Source of the DNA: Candidatus Magasanikiibacteriota bacterium
GTDB taxonomy: Bacteria > Patescibacteriota > Patescibacteriia > Magasanikbacterales > UBA922
Assembly (NCBI GenBank): GCA_018652595.1
Contig: JABIBU010000013.1
Location: forward strand, 93,043 to 157,042
DNA length: 64,000 nucleotides
Direction: 5' to 3'
Shown one piece after another: positions 41,145 to 51,448 of the stretch; position 1 is the stretch's first letter; every line of letters begins with the position of its first letter. Under the pieces are notes generated by a model. It worked only from the letters and a program-made list of their open reading frames with translations. It did not search any database and was not told the origin of the DNA. The position numbers were made by a program, and so were the translations under genes.

Positions 41145-42102
41145 GTCCAAAATATTTTTTATACCAATTATAGGTCTCTTTAATACTATCTTCAAAGCTA
41201 CTCTTTGCTTTCCAATTTAAAACTTTTTCTGCTTTATCATAATTTAAACTTTGAGCTGGAATCTCATTTGTTTGATTATTTACTATTTTATAATCAATTT
41301 TTTCTTCCAAAACCGCCCCCATCTTCTCAATCAAATCTAATACAGAAAAATTATAACCGGAACTAAAATTGAAAGCTTCGCCTTTTGATTTGTCTATTTG
41401 TTCAGCAAGTTGAATATAGCCATCTACCACATCCTTTACATAAACATAATCGCGAACAAAAGTACCATCGCTTCTTAATTCCAAAGTACTCTTATCTAAA
41501 ACAGACTTCACAACCCCTGGTATAATACGATTCATATTCAAATCTCCAGGACCATAGATATTCCCGAACCTACTAACTGTTACGGGTAAATCGTAAGTAT
41601 TGTGATATGCCAAAGAAATCAAATCAGCACAAGACTTTGAAACATCGTATGGATGGTCACCGCCCATAGCATTTTCTTCTGTGGCATCTGTACAATCCTT
41701 GCCATATGCTTTGTCACTAGAAGCAACCACCAATGCCTTAACTCTGGGAGACATTTTGACTGCCTCTAGAATATTTACTGTACCCATTACATTGGTACTA
41801 ATAGCTTCATAAGGATTGATCACTGCGGTTGGCACTATAGCTTGGGCGCCTATATGAAATACATAATCAATTTCATATTTTGTTACTACATTCATAATTC
41901 TTTCTTTATCATTCAAGTCACCGTATGCACAAACAACACTCTCATCCAATTTGTTCATATAAAAATATGAACTAGGGTCCTTACTACGAACCAGACAAAC
42001 TATTTTATAAGGTTTCAATTTCAAAAGCTCTTCCACCAAGTGAGAGCCAACCAAACCAGTCGCTCCTGTTATCAAAATATTTTTTCCTGTTAGATTTGAC
42101 AT
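41137..42102 (-). CDS. CDP-glucose 4,6-dehydratase-like SDR
   Basis: TGATGLVG, SSDKAY, PYDVSK, RFGNIYGPGD; follows rfbF. Confidence 0.8.
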   Translation of the reverse strand: MSNLTGKNILITGATGLVGSHLVEELLKLKPYKIVCLVRSKDPSSYFYMNKLDESVVCAYGDLNDKERIMNVVTKYEIDYVFHIGAQAIVPTAVINPYEAISTNVMGTVNILEAVKMSPRVKALVVASSDKAYGKDCTDATEENAMGGDHPYDVSKSCADLISLAYHNTYDLPVTVSRFGNIYGPGDLNMNRIIPGVVKSVLDKSTLELRSDGTFVRDYVYVKDVVDGYIQLAEQIDKSKGEAFNFSSGYNFSVLDLIEKMGAVLEEKIDYKIVNNQTNEIPAQSLNYDKAEKVLNWKAKSSFEDSIKETYNWYKKYFGHE

Positions 42103-42117
42103 AAAAAAATTATTATA

Positions 42118-42906
42118 TTAATTCCAAACTTTCCAAAAAGGATTTTTTGCCCAAAGTTCGTTCATCTCCTCGACCTCTTTATAATTGTCCATGCATTTCC
42201 ATCTTCCTGGACTATTATAAACCATGACCTGACCATCTTTGGCGAGTTTTGAGAAAACACTTTCAATCATACTATCATCTTCGATAAAATCAAAGATATC
42301 TCTTCTAAATACCATAAACCCCCCATTAATAAGATCCTTTGCGCCTTCATTTTCATCCTCTGTAGTGACATTGTGTTGTGCAAAGTTAATCACTTTACTA
42401 TCAGCATCAATATTTAAAAAACCAAAACGAGTAGCCGGCTTCACTCCAGTAATGGTCGCCACAAGACCGTGCTCTTTGTGAAATTCAACAAGTTTAGAAA
42501 TATCTATATCAGCAACACCATCACCATAAGTAACCATAAAATGCTCGTCATTGCCTATATATTTTTTCAGACGCTTGATACGCTCACCTGTTAAACTTTT
42601 TAAACCTGTCTCTGCGAGAGTAACATTAAAATCATCGCAATGATTATTATGCATTACCATATCACCTGTCTTGGTGTTTAGGGTAAAATCATTAACAAAG
42701 GTACGCTCATGTAAGAAATAATCTTTTATCAGATCACCCTTATACCCCAAGGCCAATATAAAATCATTGAAACCATAGTGAGCATATATTTTCATAATAT
42801 GCCACAATATTGGCTTGCCACCTACCGATACCAATGGTTTTGGCTTAAACTCTGTCTCCTCCTTCATACGTGTGCCTGTTCCCCCACACAAAATTATTGT
42901 TTTCAT
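42118..42906 (-). CDS. rfbF: glucose-1-phosphate cytidylyltransferase
   Basis: ILCGGTGTR.KEET..PKP, ALGYKG, TYGDG, INGGF, WKCMD. Confidence 0.9.
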   Translation of the reverse strand: MKTIILCGGTGTRMKEETEFKPKPLVSVGGKPILWHIMKIYAHYGFNDFILALGYKGDLIKDYFLHERTFVNDFTLNTKTGDMVMHNNHCDDFNVTLAETGLKSLTGERIKRLKKYIGNDEHFMVTYGDGVADIDISKLVEFHKEHGLVATITGVKPATRFGFLNIDADSKVINFAQHNVTTEDENEGAKDLINGGFMVFRRDIFDFIEDDSMIESVFSKLAKDGQVMVYNSPGRWKCMDNYKEVEEMNELWAKNPFWKVWN

Positions 42907-42922
42907 ATGTTAAATATTATAT

Positions 42923-43792
42923 TTATTTTTTTAAAATTATATCCCACTGATCTTTGCCTAGAATAATCTGACCCAGTAAGAGACTTTTTATTAGACGGAA
43001 TAGTCTTTTTTTCTCTGACCAGTCAAACTTTTTTATTAAACTAATAATATTTTCATTTCCTGCTCTCACTGCTTTTTTATTTAAAATTTTTAAGCCACTT
43101 TTTTCACAAATATAATCAATTGATCCTGAAGAAAAGAAATTTAAATGACCAAATGGCAATACCATGCCCCATTTACCTTTCATCATCCTGGCTTTCAAAC
43201 AATCTTTATTAGGAAAATTTAAATATATGATTGCATCCTCGTTCGCTACTTTACTTACTTTTTTTATCATAGACTTTGGATCAGCAACGTGCTCTAAAAC
43301 ATCCCCAAAAACTATAATATCAAACCTAACACCCACTGGTAAATCATTTACATCTTGGACAACTTTCAATTTTTCACTTTTTCCCCACCATCCTGGCTCA
43401 ACACCATATGACATATCCGCCCTTTCAGAAAAATACTTCAACAAATTTCCACTTCCACATCCTATTTCTAAATAATTAAACTCGGTTTTATCAATACACC
43501 TAGTCAGTCTTGAGAAAATTTTCTCAGCATAAATATTATCAGGAGATGTCCCACTATAACCAGGTGGATAAACTACAAATCCAGAACCCTCTCCATACCA
43601 CTTCGATAATACTTCTTGTCTTGGCATAGGATCAATCCACCAATGACTACAGATACTACACTCACGTAAACTTACCTTGTCATCGCAATTTTTATTTATA
43701 ATTTGTACATAATTATCAATAATTTTTGATTTACCAGAACAAACTGTACAATCTACTTGGGCTATTAACCAACTATTATCTATCTTGTCCAT
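42923..43792 (-). CDS. class I SAM-dependent methyltransferase
   Basis: Two CxxC motifs, LEIGCGSG, DVLEHV, HLNFF. Confidence 0.85.
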   Translation of the reverse strand: MDKIDNSWLIAQVDCTVCSGKSKIIDNYVQIINKNCDDKVSLRECSICSHWWIDPMPRQEVLSKWYGEGSGFVVYPPGYSGTSPDNIYAEKIFSRLTRCIDKTEFNYLEIGCGSGNLLKYFSERADMSYGVEPGWWGKSEKLKVVQDVNDLPVGVRFDIIVFGDVLEHVADPKSMIKKVSKVANEDAIIYLNFPNKDCLKARMMKGKWGMVLPFGHLNFFSSGSIDYICEKSGLKILNKKAVRAGNENIISLIKKFDWSEKKRLFRLIKSLLLGQIILGKDQWDIILKK

Positions 43793-43842
43793 ATTAATTT
43801 TTTTAAAATAAAAATATATATTTATTTACACAATGTCAATAA

Positions 43843-44685
43843 TTATTTTATATAATCAATTAAGGCTTCTTGCCAATTGCGTAATACTGGCACATTTATT
43901 TCTTTCAATCTTTTGTTTTCCAAAATAGAATTTTGTGGTCTTTTTATTTTTGTCCCACTCTCACTTGTCTTTATTGGAATAGGAGCAGATTCAATCTTAG
44001 AAAATTCTAATATTTTATTTGCAAATTCATACCAGGAACAATGCCCACTATTCGTTATGTGATAAACTCCAGGCTCAGCATCTAATACTATCAATTCATT
44101 TATTTTTTTTGCTAGATCATTTGTATATGTTGGAGAGCCAATCTGATCTTCCACTACTCTAATTTCTTCTTTTTCTCTGGCTTTCAAAATCATTGTCTTT
44201 ACAAAATTTTTCTCACTATTATCTTTATTATTACCAAAGAGCCAGCTCGTACGTATAATTAAATTATTTTCATTTGCCAACTGCACCATATATTCTCCAG
44301 ATAGTTTTGATGCACCATATACATTTAGGGGTCTTGGGCAATCTATTTCGGAAAAACTATTTTGGTCTCCACCAAACACATAGTCAGTACTTATGTGTAC
44401 AATTTTTGCTCCAAAATCATTAGATACTTTTGCAAGAAGATACGGCCCGAAAGCATTAACCCTATAAGCATCCTCTATACATTCTTCTGCTTGTTCCACC
44501 TTATTATATGCGGCACAATTTATCACAATATTAGGATTATATTTACCAAACACTTCTAGTATAGCGTCTTTATTTGTAATATCCAAACCGATCCTATCCA
44601 ATGCAATATAGTCTACTCCCAATCCAGAAAACAGCTGTTGCAATGCATTTCCAAGTTGTCCATTAGACCCAGTAATCAATATCAT
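43843..44685 (-). CDS. rmlD: dTDP-4-dehydrorhamnose reductase
   Basis: TGSNGQLG, NCAAY, HISTDYVF, YGASK, DQIGSPT. Confidence 0.93.
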   Translation of the reverse strand: MILITGSNGQLGNALQQLFSGLGVDYIALDRIGLDITNKDAILEVFGKYNPNIVINCAAYNKVEQAEECIEDAYRVNAFGPYLLAKVSNDFGAKIVHISTDYVFGGDQNSFSEIDCPRPLNVYGASKLSGEYMVQLANENNLIIRTSWLFGNNKDNSEKNFVKTMILKAREKEEIRVVEDQIGSPTYTNDLAKKINELIVLDAEPGVYHITNSGHCSWYEFANKILEFSKIESAPIPIKTSESGTKIKRPQNSILENKRLKEINVPVLRNWQEALIDYIK

Positions 44686-44697
44686 ATTGCAAAAACT

Positions 44698-47007
44698 CTA
44701 ATAATAATCTGCTCTCTGTTGACGATCATAATGTTTAATAAACTCTTCTTTATTTTTTACATCTTTCCACCATGCTTCATTGTTAATATACCACTCTACA
44801 GTATGTTTCATAGCATCTTCGAAATTATGCTGAGACGACCAGCCGAGATTCTGACTTAATTTTGTAGAATCTGGAGCATAACGCAAATCTGCACCAGGAC
44901 GATCATTTGTGTGCTCTACACACTCAGATAGCTCCTTCTCCAATGCCAACATATCTCTAATTGATCCTAAAATTTCAAGATTAGTTTTTGGTGTACCACT
45001 CACATTATATATATGCCCATCCTCTCCTTTGTGTATTACAATATCAATAGCGTTACAAAAATCATTAACATATATCCATGATCGTATATGCATGCCATCA
45101 CCATGGACAGGAATTTTTTTATCTTCAATCAAATTTGAAATTGCAAGTGGAATCAATTTTTCTGGATATTGATATGGACCAAAATTATTTGACCCTCTTA
45201 TAATTAGAGCGGGTAATCCATGACTACGAATATAAGACCTAACAACCAGATCTGCACTAGCTTTAGAGGCGGCATAAGGATTGGATGGATTTGGAGAAGA
45301 CATTTCTGTAGAATGCCCCTCTGGTATATCTCCATAAACCTCATCTGTTGATATCTGCAAAAAACGTGGTATACCGTGTATACGACACTCTTCTACCAAC
45401 ATATGGGTTCCAACAATATTAGTATTTATAAAATCATAAGATGAACACAGTGAACGATCAACATGGGACTCCGCAGCAAAATTTACAACTACATCAAACT
45501 TATTATTGCTAAAAAGATTATCTAGAAAAACCTTATCACAAATATTACCATGAATAAAATTGTATCTTTTATTTTCCTTGGTTTTTCCCAACTCTATTTC
45601 TGTTATGTCTAACAAATTATTTTGATTTCCAGAATAAGTAAGTAAGTCTAGATTAAATAATTCATAATCTTCATACTTATTATAAAGATGGCGTATAAAA
45701 TTTGAGCCGATAAAACCAGAACCACCGCAAATCAATATCTTTTTCCTGTCACCCTTGGGAACACTTTTTAATTTACTATTGCTAGAAATTACTTCACCAC
45801 TTGGCAAGATAAAAGAACCGCCCGCCTCTAAAAAATCTTTCTCTTTTTCAAGAATAACTTCCAGGTAATTCCAGGCTAACAATAAAAAATAATCTGGTAA
45901 ATTTTGATGTGCAGAAACACTATCGATAGTTGGGATGTGCATACCAGGAGTAAATAATCCCTGTTTGGCTTGTAAATCCTCCAAAGCATAGTTTAGTACG
46001 CTATCATCTAAACCACAGTAATTTAGCATGGTATTCCCCTTTGCAGGTGCCCCATAAGCAGCTATTTTTTTACCGGAATTTTTCAAATCAGTCAAGAGTC
46101 CAACTAATTTTTGTTTTTGTGCCTTAACCTTTTGTGCCAACACACTATATGCGCTTATAGAATTCAAGCCCAACTCTAATTCTCTGTCAATCCATTTTTG
46201 TACACTATTACTAACACTATGTTTGCCAGCACGCCCCACAAACAAGCGCAAGGATCTTCCTTGTACTTTGTGAACCTCCACATCAAAAATTTCAAATCCA
46301 TACTGTTCAAAAAGTTTTTTCAATGGGCGAACCGCCAAAAATGATAAATGCTCATGATAAATAGTATCGTATGTCAAATTTTCAAACATATCAATCAAAT
46401 AAGGGGCCTCCATAACAAATACTCCGTCTTCATCGAGTAATTTATCAATACCTTTTACTAGATCGTGGTGATCATCTATATGTGCGACCACATTATTAGC
46501 CATTATTATTTTGGCTTTCCCGTGTTTTTCTGCAATATTTGCACCCACCACTTCTGAAAAGTAATCTACGATTGTTTCTACCCCCACCCTATCTGCAACT
46601 TTCACTACATTTTCAGCTGGGTCTACTCCCAAGGCTCTATAACCCAGATCTTTAAAAAATTTTAATAATATACCATCATTACTTGCTATTTCTACAACAA
46701 AATTTCCAGGTTCCAAAAAACGCTCTACAACATCTTCGGCATATACCTGAAAATGATTTGATAGCTTGGGCATTCCAGAAGAAAAATAAATATAATCAGC
46801 AAACATCTCTTCCTTATTCACAACATCCAAAAGCTGTGCGAGATTACACTCATGACAAAAATATGCAGCAAGTGGATACTTTTTTTCATTTGAAAAATCA
46901 GATTTATTTTTCAAAAAAGAATTGGCAAGGGGCTGATCGCCCAAATCCAAAAATTTTGTTAATTCTTCACTCTTACAAATTCTACATTTTGTATTATGTT
47001 TATGCAT
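44698..47007 (-). CDS. NDP-sugar C-methyltransferase fused to dTDP-glucose 4,6-dehydratase (RmlB)
   Basis: N-terminal CRIC, YDTIYHEH, YGAPAKG; C-terminal GGSGFIGSN, FAAESHVDRS, STDEVYG, PYAASKA, YQYPEKLIP. Confidence 0.9.
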   Translation of the reverse strand: MHKHNTKCRICKSEELTKFLDLGDQPLANSFLKNKSDFSNEKKYPLAAYFCHECNLAQLLDVVNKEEMFADYIYFSSGMPKLSNHFQVYAEDVVERFLEPGNFVVEIASNDGILLKFFKDLGYRALGVDPAENVVKVADRVGVETIVDYFSEVVGANIAEKHGKAKIIMANNVVAHIDDHHDLVKGIDKLLDEDGVFVMEAPYLIDMFENLTYDTIYHEHLSFLAVRPLKKLFEQYGFEIFDVEVHKVQGRSLRLFVGRAGKHSVSNSVQKWIDRELELGLNSISAYSVLAQKVKAQKQKLVGLLTDLKNSGKKIAAYGAPAKGNTMLNYCGLDDSVLNYALEDLQAKQGLFTPGMHIPTIDSVSAHQNLPDYFLLLAWNYLEVILEKEKDFLEAGGSFILPSGEVISSNSKLKSVPKGDRKKILICGGSGFIGSNFIRHLYNKYEDYELFNLDLLTYSGNQNNLLDITEIELGKTKENKRYNFIHGNICDKVFLDNLFSNNKFDVVVNFAAESHVDRSLCSSYDFINTNIVGTHMLVEECRIHGIPRFLQISTDEVYGDIPEGHSTEMSSPNPSNPYAASKASADLVVRSYIRSHGLPALIIRGSNNFGPYQYPEKLIPLAISNLIEDKKIPVHGDGMHIRSWIYVNDFCNAIDIVIHKGEDGHIYNVSGTPKTNLEILGSIRDMLALEKELSECVEHTNDRPGADLRYAPDSTKLSQNLGWSSQHNFEDAMKHTVEWYINNEAWWKDVKNKEEFIKHYDRQQRADYY

Positions 47008-47013
47008 ATTTCA

Positions 47014-47652
47014 TTAGACTACGTTATAAATAAAATTCTCTGACCTAATATCTTTTGACCAATCCTGCAAAGATAGCCCATGCTTATCTCTATTGCCCAT
47101 TAAATAATCTTTACTTATAAATTCATCGAACTCTTTCTTTAGGTCTTTATCACATAGTGCCCAATCAATTCCTTTTGACAATGGGGAAATGCCTGCCTCA
47201 CCCTCTGGGTTATAATCTCCAGAAAAAAAGTATTCTATTGTACTATCCTCCAAAAAAAAGCTACCGTGTGCAATACCAGGTGGCAACCAAAGCCACTCAC
47301 CATAGTCCGAGCTACCATCAAATGGCATATCATATAGAATGATCTTCCCCTCTGTAGGAGAACCTTTTCTTATGTCTAGCATTATATCTACCATATGACC
47401 GGACACAGTTCTAATCAATTTTCCAAGAGCTGGCTCCCACTGAAAATGAAGCCCCTTAAGCACGCCTGCTTTTGAAAAATTCTCATTAAACTGAACAAAA
47501 TCAACATCTTTTAAAAACCCTAATTCTTTATTTTTTTTAATATCACTTTTTCTTAATATTTCAGAAAAATAACCCCGCTCATCCGCAAATCTTCCAAATC
47601 GGATCACTTGTACACCCGGTAATTCTAATTGTTTTACCTCAATTAATTTCAT
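47014..47652 (-). CDS. rmlC: dTDP-4-dehydrorhamnose 3,5-epimerase family
   Basis: DERGYFSE, GVLKGLHFQ, DIRKGSPT, PPGIAHG. Confidence 0.85.
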   Translation of the reverse strand: MKLIEVKQLELPGVQVIRFGRFADERGYFSEILRKSDIKKNKELGFLKDVDFVQFNENFSKAGVLKGLHFQWEPALGKLIRTVSGHMVDIMLDIRKGSPTEGKIILYDMPFDGSSDYGEWLWLPPGIAHGSFFLEDSTIEYFFSGDYNPEGEAGISPLSKGIDWALCDKDLKKEFDEFISKDYLMGNRDKHGLSLQDWSKDIRSENFIYNVV

Positions 47653-47656
47653 ATGC

Positions 47657-48547
47657 TTATTTGAGCACTCTTTTTATACCCCTGTACAGTTTGCCCGCAG
47701 ACTTTCTTGAATAACTATATGCAACATTGAATGGTAGCAAAAGTGTAAGGAAAAACGAAGGCTTTTCTTTTGTGTTATACGGAGGCTTGTAGATCAAATC
47801 AGAACTATCTAAATTTGATAGTTCATAAAACATTGGTGTCTCCATCCCCTCTTTGACAACCAGGCTTTTTCCATCTTGGCTTTTTGAATATTTTTTATCA
47901 AAAAACTCATTATTAACTGCGGAATATTTTCCAACACCTCCATCTGTTTTTTCTGATATATTTGCCCATCCAGCATTTTCTTGGGGTGCAACATAGTTAA
48001 CTATCCCATGACAGACAAATTCGGGAACATCTTTTCCTTTTGCCAAAATACGATTTATATAATCGCCATCTTCCTGCCCAGTACCCAACAGTCTCTCCTC
48101 AAACCAGCCAACCTCTTTCATAAAACTCTTTGAAATTAAGAAGTGGCTCCAACTCTTATTAATTATAAAAAATGAACTATTGTTTTCTAAAACTTTTTCA
48201 AATTGTTTTCTAAATAATAAATTCAAGCTAACATCATCATTGATAATCAAGGATCTTTTTGCAAAAGACATCATTGCGATCCAATTAAAGCATTTTGCGA
48301 GAGACTGATGCTTCTCATTTGTAATATAATGAACATTGGGAAATTTGTTCAAAAAAGCTGTAACCTGCTTTAGATAATTGATCTGCAACGCCTCGTCATG
48401 ATGGCCATTGATAATACAGATGATTTCTTTGTCAGGAAAAACCTCAACCAACTGATTAATTAGAGGTATAAAAAATTCTTCAAATCTCGCTACATAGGTA
48501 ACAACCCCAATAGAATATTCAAGATTTATCTTTTTTTTATTACTCAT
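47657..48547 (-). CDS. putative GT2-like glycosyltransferase
   Basis: IGVVTY, IINDD, VGWFEER..GQEDGDY. Confidence 0.7.
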   Translation of the reverse strand: MSNKKKINLEYSIGVVTYVARFEEFFIPLINQLVEVFPDKEIICIINGHHDEALQINYLKQVTAFLNKFPNVHYITNEKHQSLAKCFNWIAMMSFAKRSLIINDDVSLNLLFRKQFEKVLENNSSFFIINKSWSHFLISKSFMKEVGWFEERLLGTGQEDGDYINRILAKGKDVPEFVCHGIVNYVAPQENAGWANISEKTDGGVGKYSAVNNEFFDKKYSKSQDGKSLVVKEGMETPMFYELSNLDSSDLIYKPPYNTKEKPSFFLTLLLPFNVAYSYSRKSAGKLYRGIKRVLK

Positions 48548-50073
48548 ACTCTAAATTTAATTGCCTTATTAAAAAAAGTTTTGAACAGTTCCAATTCATC
48601 TCTTTCAAAAAATCCAAAAAGTCTAAATAGACCAAAGAATGCGACAATACTAACCCCACCCAAAATAATAACGGAAAATAAATTAGTTATATAAGGAGTC
48701 AAAATTAGTGAGGATAGTAGATATATTATTATAGCAACAAAGACTATTTTAGAAATATTAGTTGTATAAAAATGAATAATCTTTTTTGTCGAAAAACCGA
48801 GCATTTTTCTTTCTACATAGAATAAAATAAATGGGATCGGCAACACGCCGATAAGATATGCAATTGAAGCGCCCACCGCCTTATACGATGGAACCAGCAA
48901 AAACATAGAGACGATATTTAATATCGCCATTGACATGGTACTAATAGCTATAAATTTTAATCTTCTTGTCCCACTTAGATAAAAATGCATAAAAACATTT
49001 ATTGAAAATAAAAAATATGTGACAGTGAGGATATACATTGGGATTGTAGCATTGTCTGCAAACTCTTGTCCCAACCAATACTTTAGCAACCAATAGCCGT
49101 ATACGAAGACTAGTGTGGCCAAAGAAGCAGAGATCAGTAATATAATCTTTATATACCTATGAAAAATATTTTTAATCTTTTCACTGTCCTGCAAAAAGCT
49201 AATATTGGAAAAAACTGGGAATAATGATGTAGACAAACTAAAGCTTGTTGCCTGGATCTTTTCTGGGATCATCTGTGCCGAAGCATAGTATGATACATAC
49301 ACTGGGCCCCAAAAAGCACTCATTACAAATTTATCAAACTGTGTAAGAATATTATTCATTATATTACTTACAGAAACCCAGAAACCATCTTTCATCAAAC
49401 CTTTGAAAATACTTGGTGAAAAAAATAAGACAAACTTTAGATCTGGCAATAATTTCTTCCATATATATACATAGGCCACGAACAAAAACATGGATGATAA
49501 TGCCTGTAGAATAACTAGAGACATTATACCGTACCCAGTGTAAACAGCTACGATACTAGATATTTGTAAAAAAGTTATACTTATCAGGTGCGCCTTGGTC
49601 ATAATTCCAACCCTCTGTAGAGCATAAGGAATTTGAATTAACGGACTAACTATCATCTTAAAAAAGAATGCAAACCCCAAAAACATGAAAGTTACTTTAT
49701 ACGAGTAAACAAAACCATCTGGAATCTTGAGAACCCCCCTAAAGAAATCTGGCAACAACAGTAGTAAAAAAAATACCAAACACCCAATAAATAAATATAA
49801 AATAAATGTAGAACTAAACACCTTGGACAGCTCCTCATTATTTCTTGAGTCTGGATTTTCAGAAAGTTTTTTTACAAAAGTATAATTAAAACCAAAATCC
49901 AATAAAGAAAATAAGGCTAGACTGGCATTTAAGAGGACATAAAATCCATATTTTGAAGGACCCAACCGACTTATCAAAATCGGCATAACAACAAAAGCCA
50001 AAGCCATTGGCCAGATAAAACCAATGAAGCTATAGGCAGAATTTTTTATTGTTCTATTTGCCAATTCACTCAT
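48544..50073 (-). CDS. wzx: Wzx-type oligosaccharide flippase
   Basis: Many TM helices, LGPSKYG, LDFG, DKFV, SYY, FPVFS. Confidence 0.85.
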   Translation of the reverse strand: MSELANRTIKNSAYSFIGFIWPMALAFVVMPILISRLGPSKYGFYVLLNASLALFSLLDFGFNYTFVKKLSENPDSRNNEELSKVFSSTFILYLFIGCLVFFLLLLLPDFFRGVLKIPDGFVYSYKVTFMFLGFAFFFKMIVSPLIQIPYALQRVGIMTKAHLISITFLQISSIVAVYTGYGIMSLVILQALSSMFLFVAYVYIWKKLLPDLKFVLFFSPSIFKGLMKDGFWVSVSNIMNNILTQFDKFVMSAFWGPVYVSYYASAQMIPEKIQATSFSLSTSLFPVFSNISFLQDSEKIKNIFHRYIKIILLISASLATLVFVYGYWLLKYWLGQEFADNATIPMYILTVTYFLFSINVFMHFYLSGTRRLKFIAISTMSMAILNIVSMFLLVPSYKAVGASIAYLIGVLPIPFILFYVERKMLGFSTKKIIHFYTTNISKIVFVAIIIYLLSSLILTPYITNLFSVIILGGVSIVAFFGLFRLFGFFERDELELFKTFFNKAIKFRV

Positions 50074-50075
50074 AA

Positions 50076-50321
50076 TTACCAATCTTTAGTTTTATCTATA
50101 GTTTTAATTTTTACTTTTTGATATAAATTTGTTGCCTTTTTATCAACCTCTGGAGAGACTATACGCAACAATTCATGCCCTAAAATCCTATATTGTTTGC
50201 CAACTTTATTGGCTCTAAGAAGCCCCTTCTTTAGAAGACGTTTCATGGTGCTATTACTGACTTTTAGCAATTTTTCAGCTTCGGCAGTTGTATACACCTC
50301 ATTTGGGTTGATTTCTCCCAT
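50076..50321 (-). CDS. excisionase/MerR-like (HTH_17) DNA-binding protein
   Basis: YTTAEAEKLLKVSNSTMKRLLKKGLLRANKVGKQYRI. Confidence 0.88.
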   Translation of the reverse strand: MGEINPNEVYTTAEAEKLLKVSNSTMKRLLKKGLLRANKVGKQYRILGHELLRIVSPEVDKKATNLYQKVKIKTIDKTKDW

Positions 50322-50349
50322 ATTTTAGCAGAAAATGAATAATAATACA

Positions 50350-50379
50350 AGTATAGCATGTGGTGTCATTGGGTGTCAA
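50350..50379 (-). promoter_or_regulatory. sigma70 promoter overlapped by three phased GGTGTCA repeats
   Basis: TTGACA-18 bp-TATACT; GGTGTCA at 50362, 50372 and 50382; DnaA box at 50396-50404. Confidence 0.75.
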
Positions 50380-50450
50380 ACGGTGTCATCCTAAGTTATC
50401 CACAAAATATCACTTTTGTCAAGCTTTTTCACCTTTTTACGCATAAAATC

Positions 50451-50476
50451 AAAAAATCACCTAATTGGTGATTTTT
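50451..50476 (-). terminator. terminator after fcl
   Basis: AAAAATCACC-taatt-GGTGATTTTT. Confidence 0.8.
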
Positions 50477-50493
50477 ATATAAATAATGTTGTT

Positions 50494-51444
50494 TTATTGA
50501 TTTTTGAACCACTCATAACTCAATTTTACCCCCTCTTCCAGGTCAATCTTGTGTTTCCAGCCCAAATCATGCATTTTACCCATATCCAAGAGCTTGCGGG
50601 GAGTTCCATCTGGCTTGGAAGTATCCCAGACAATCTCACCCTCAAACCCAACTACTTTTTTGACTATTTCTGTCAATTCCTTGATGCTCACATCCTCCCC
50701 CACACCCAAATTCATGAAAATCTCTCCTTTTTCATTCTGGGCCTCATTTGGATCAAAATTATTCATAATAAATACAGATCCACCAGCCATATCATCCACA
50801 TAGAGAAATTCGCGTTTTGGACTGCCTGTACCCCAAGCTATGACTTCCTTATCCCCTTTTTCTTTGGCCTCATGGAACTTTCGGACTAATGCTGGCAATA
50901 CATGAGAGGTTTCTAAATCAAAATTGTCCCCCGGACCATAAAGGTTTGTTGGCATTACTGCAATAAAATTTGTTCCGTACTGTCGATTGTAGCTCTGGCA
51001 CATCTTAATACCAGCAATTTTGGCCAAAGCATACGGTTCGTTTGTCGGCTCGAGCAATCCAGTGAGCAGATACTCTTCTTTCATTGGCTGTGGGCACATC
51101 TTGGGATATATACAAGAAGAACCCAAAAATAATAGCTTCTTGATGCCGTTCAAATATGCTTGATGGATAATATTATTTTGAATCTGCAAATTTTCATAAA
51201 TAAATTGTGCCGGATAGGTATTATTAGCCATTATTCCACCAACCTTGGCAGCTGCCAAAAACACATACTCGGGTTTTTCTGCAATGAAAAAATCAGTAAC
51301 AGCCTTTTGATCTAATAAATCCAACTCTGTGTGAGTTTTTACAACTAGATTAGTGTATCCATCTGATTCTAATTTGCGAACAACAGCAGAACCAACCAAA
51401 CCTCGATGGCCTGCAATATATATTTTTGCATTTTTATCCATCAT
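50494..51444 (-). CDS. fcl: GDP-L-fucose synthase
   Basis: [49 protein letters not shown]. Confidence 0.96.
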   Translation of the reverse strand: MMDKNAKIYIAGHRGLVGSAVVRKLESDGYTNLVVKTHTELDLLDQKAVTDFFIAEKPEYVFLAAAKVGGIMANNTYPAQFIYENLQIQNNIIHQAYLNGIKKLLFLGSSCIYPKMCPQPMKEEYLLTGLLEPTNEPYALAKIAGIKMCQSYNRQYGTNFIAVMPTNLYGPGDNFDLETSHVLPALVRKFHEAKEKGDKEVIAWGTGSPKREFLYVDDMAGGSVFIMNNFDPNEAQNEKGEIFMNLGVGEDVSIKELTEIVKKVVGFEGEIVWDTSKPDGTPRKLLDMGKMHDLGWKHKIDLEEGVKLSYEWFKNQ

Positions 51445-51448
51445 AATT

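Noticed and set aside
50076-50321. Prophage or ICE implied by excisionase-like genes (also 62370-62699)
   Set aside because: No integrase or phage genes nearby; a regulatory role fits better
50416-50889. 157-aa plus-strand ORF
   Set aside because: Antisense to the highly conserved fcl gene
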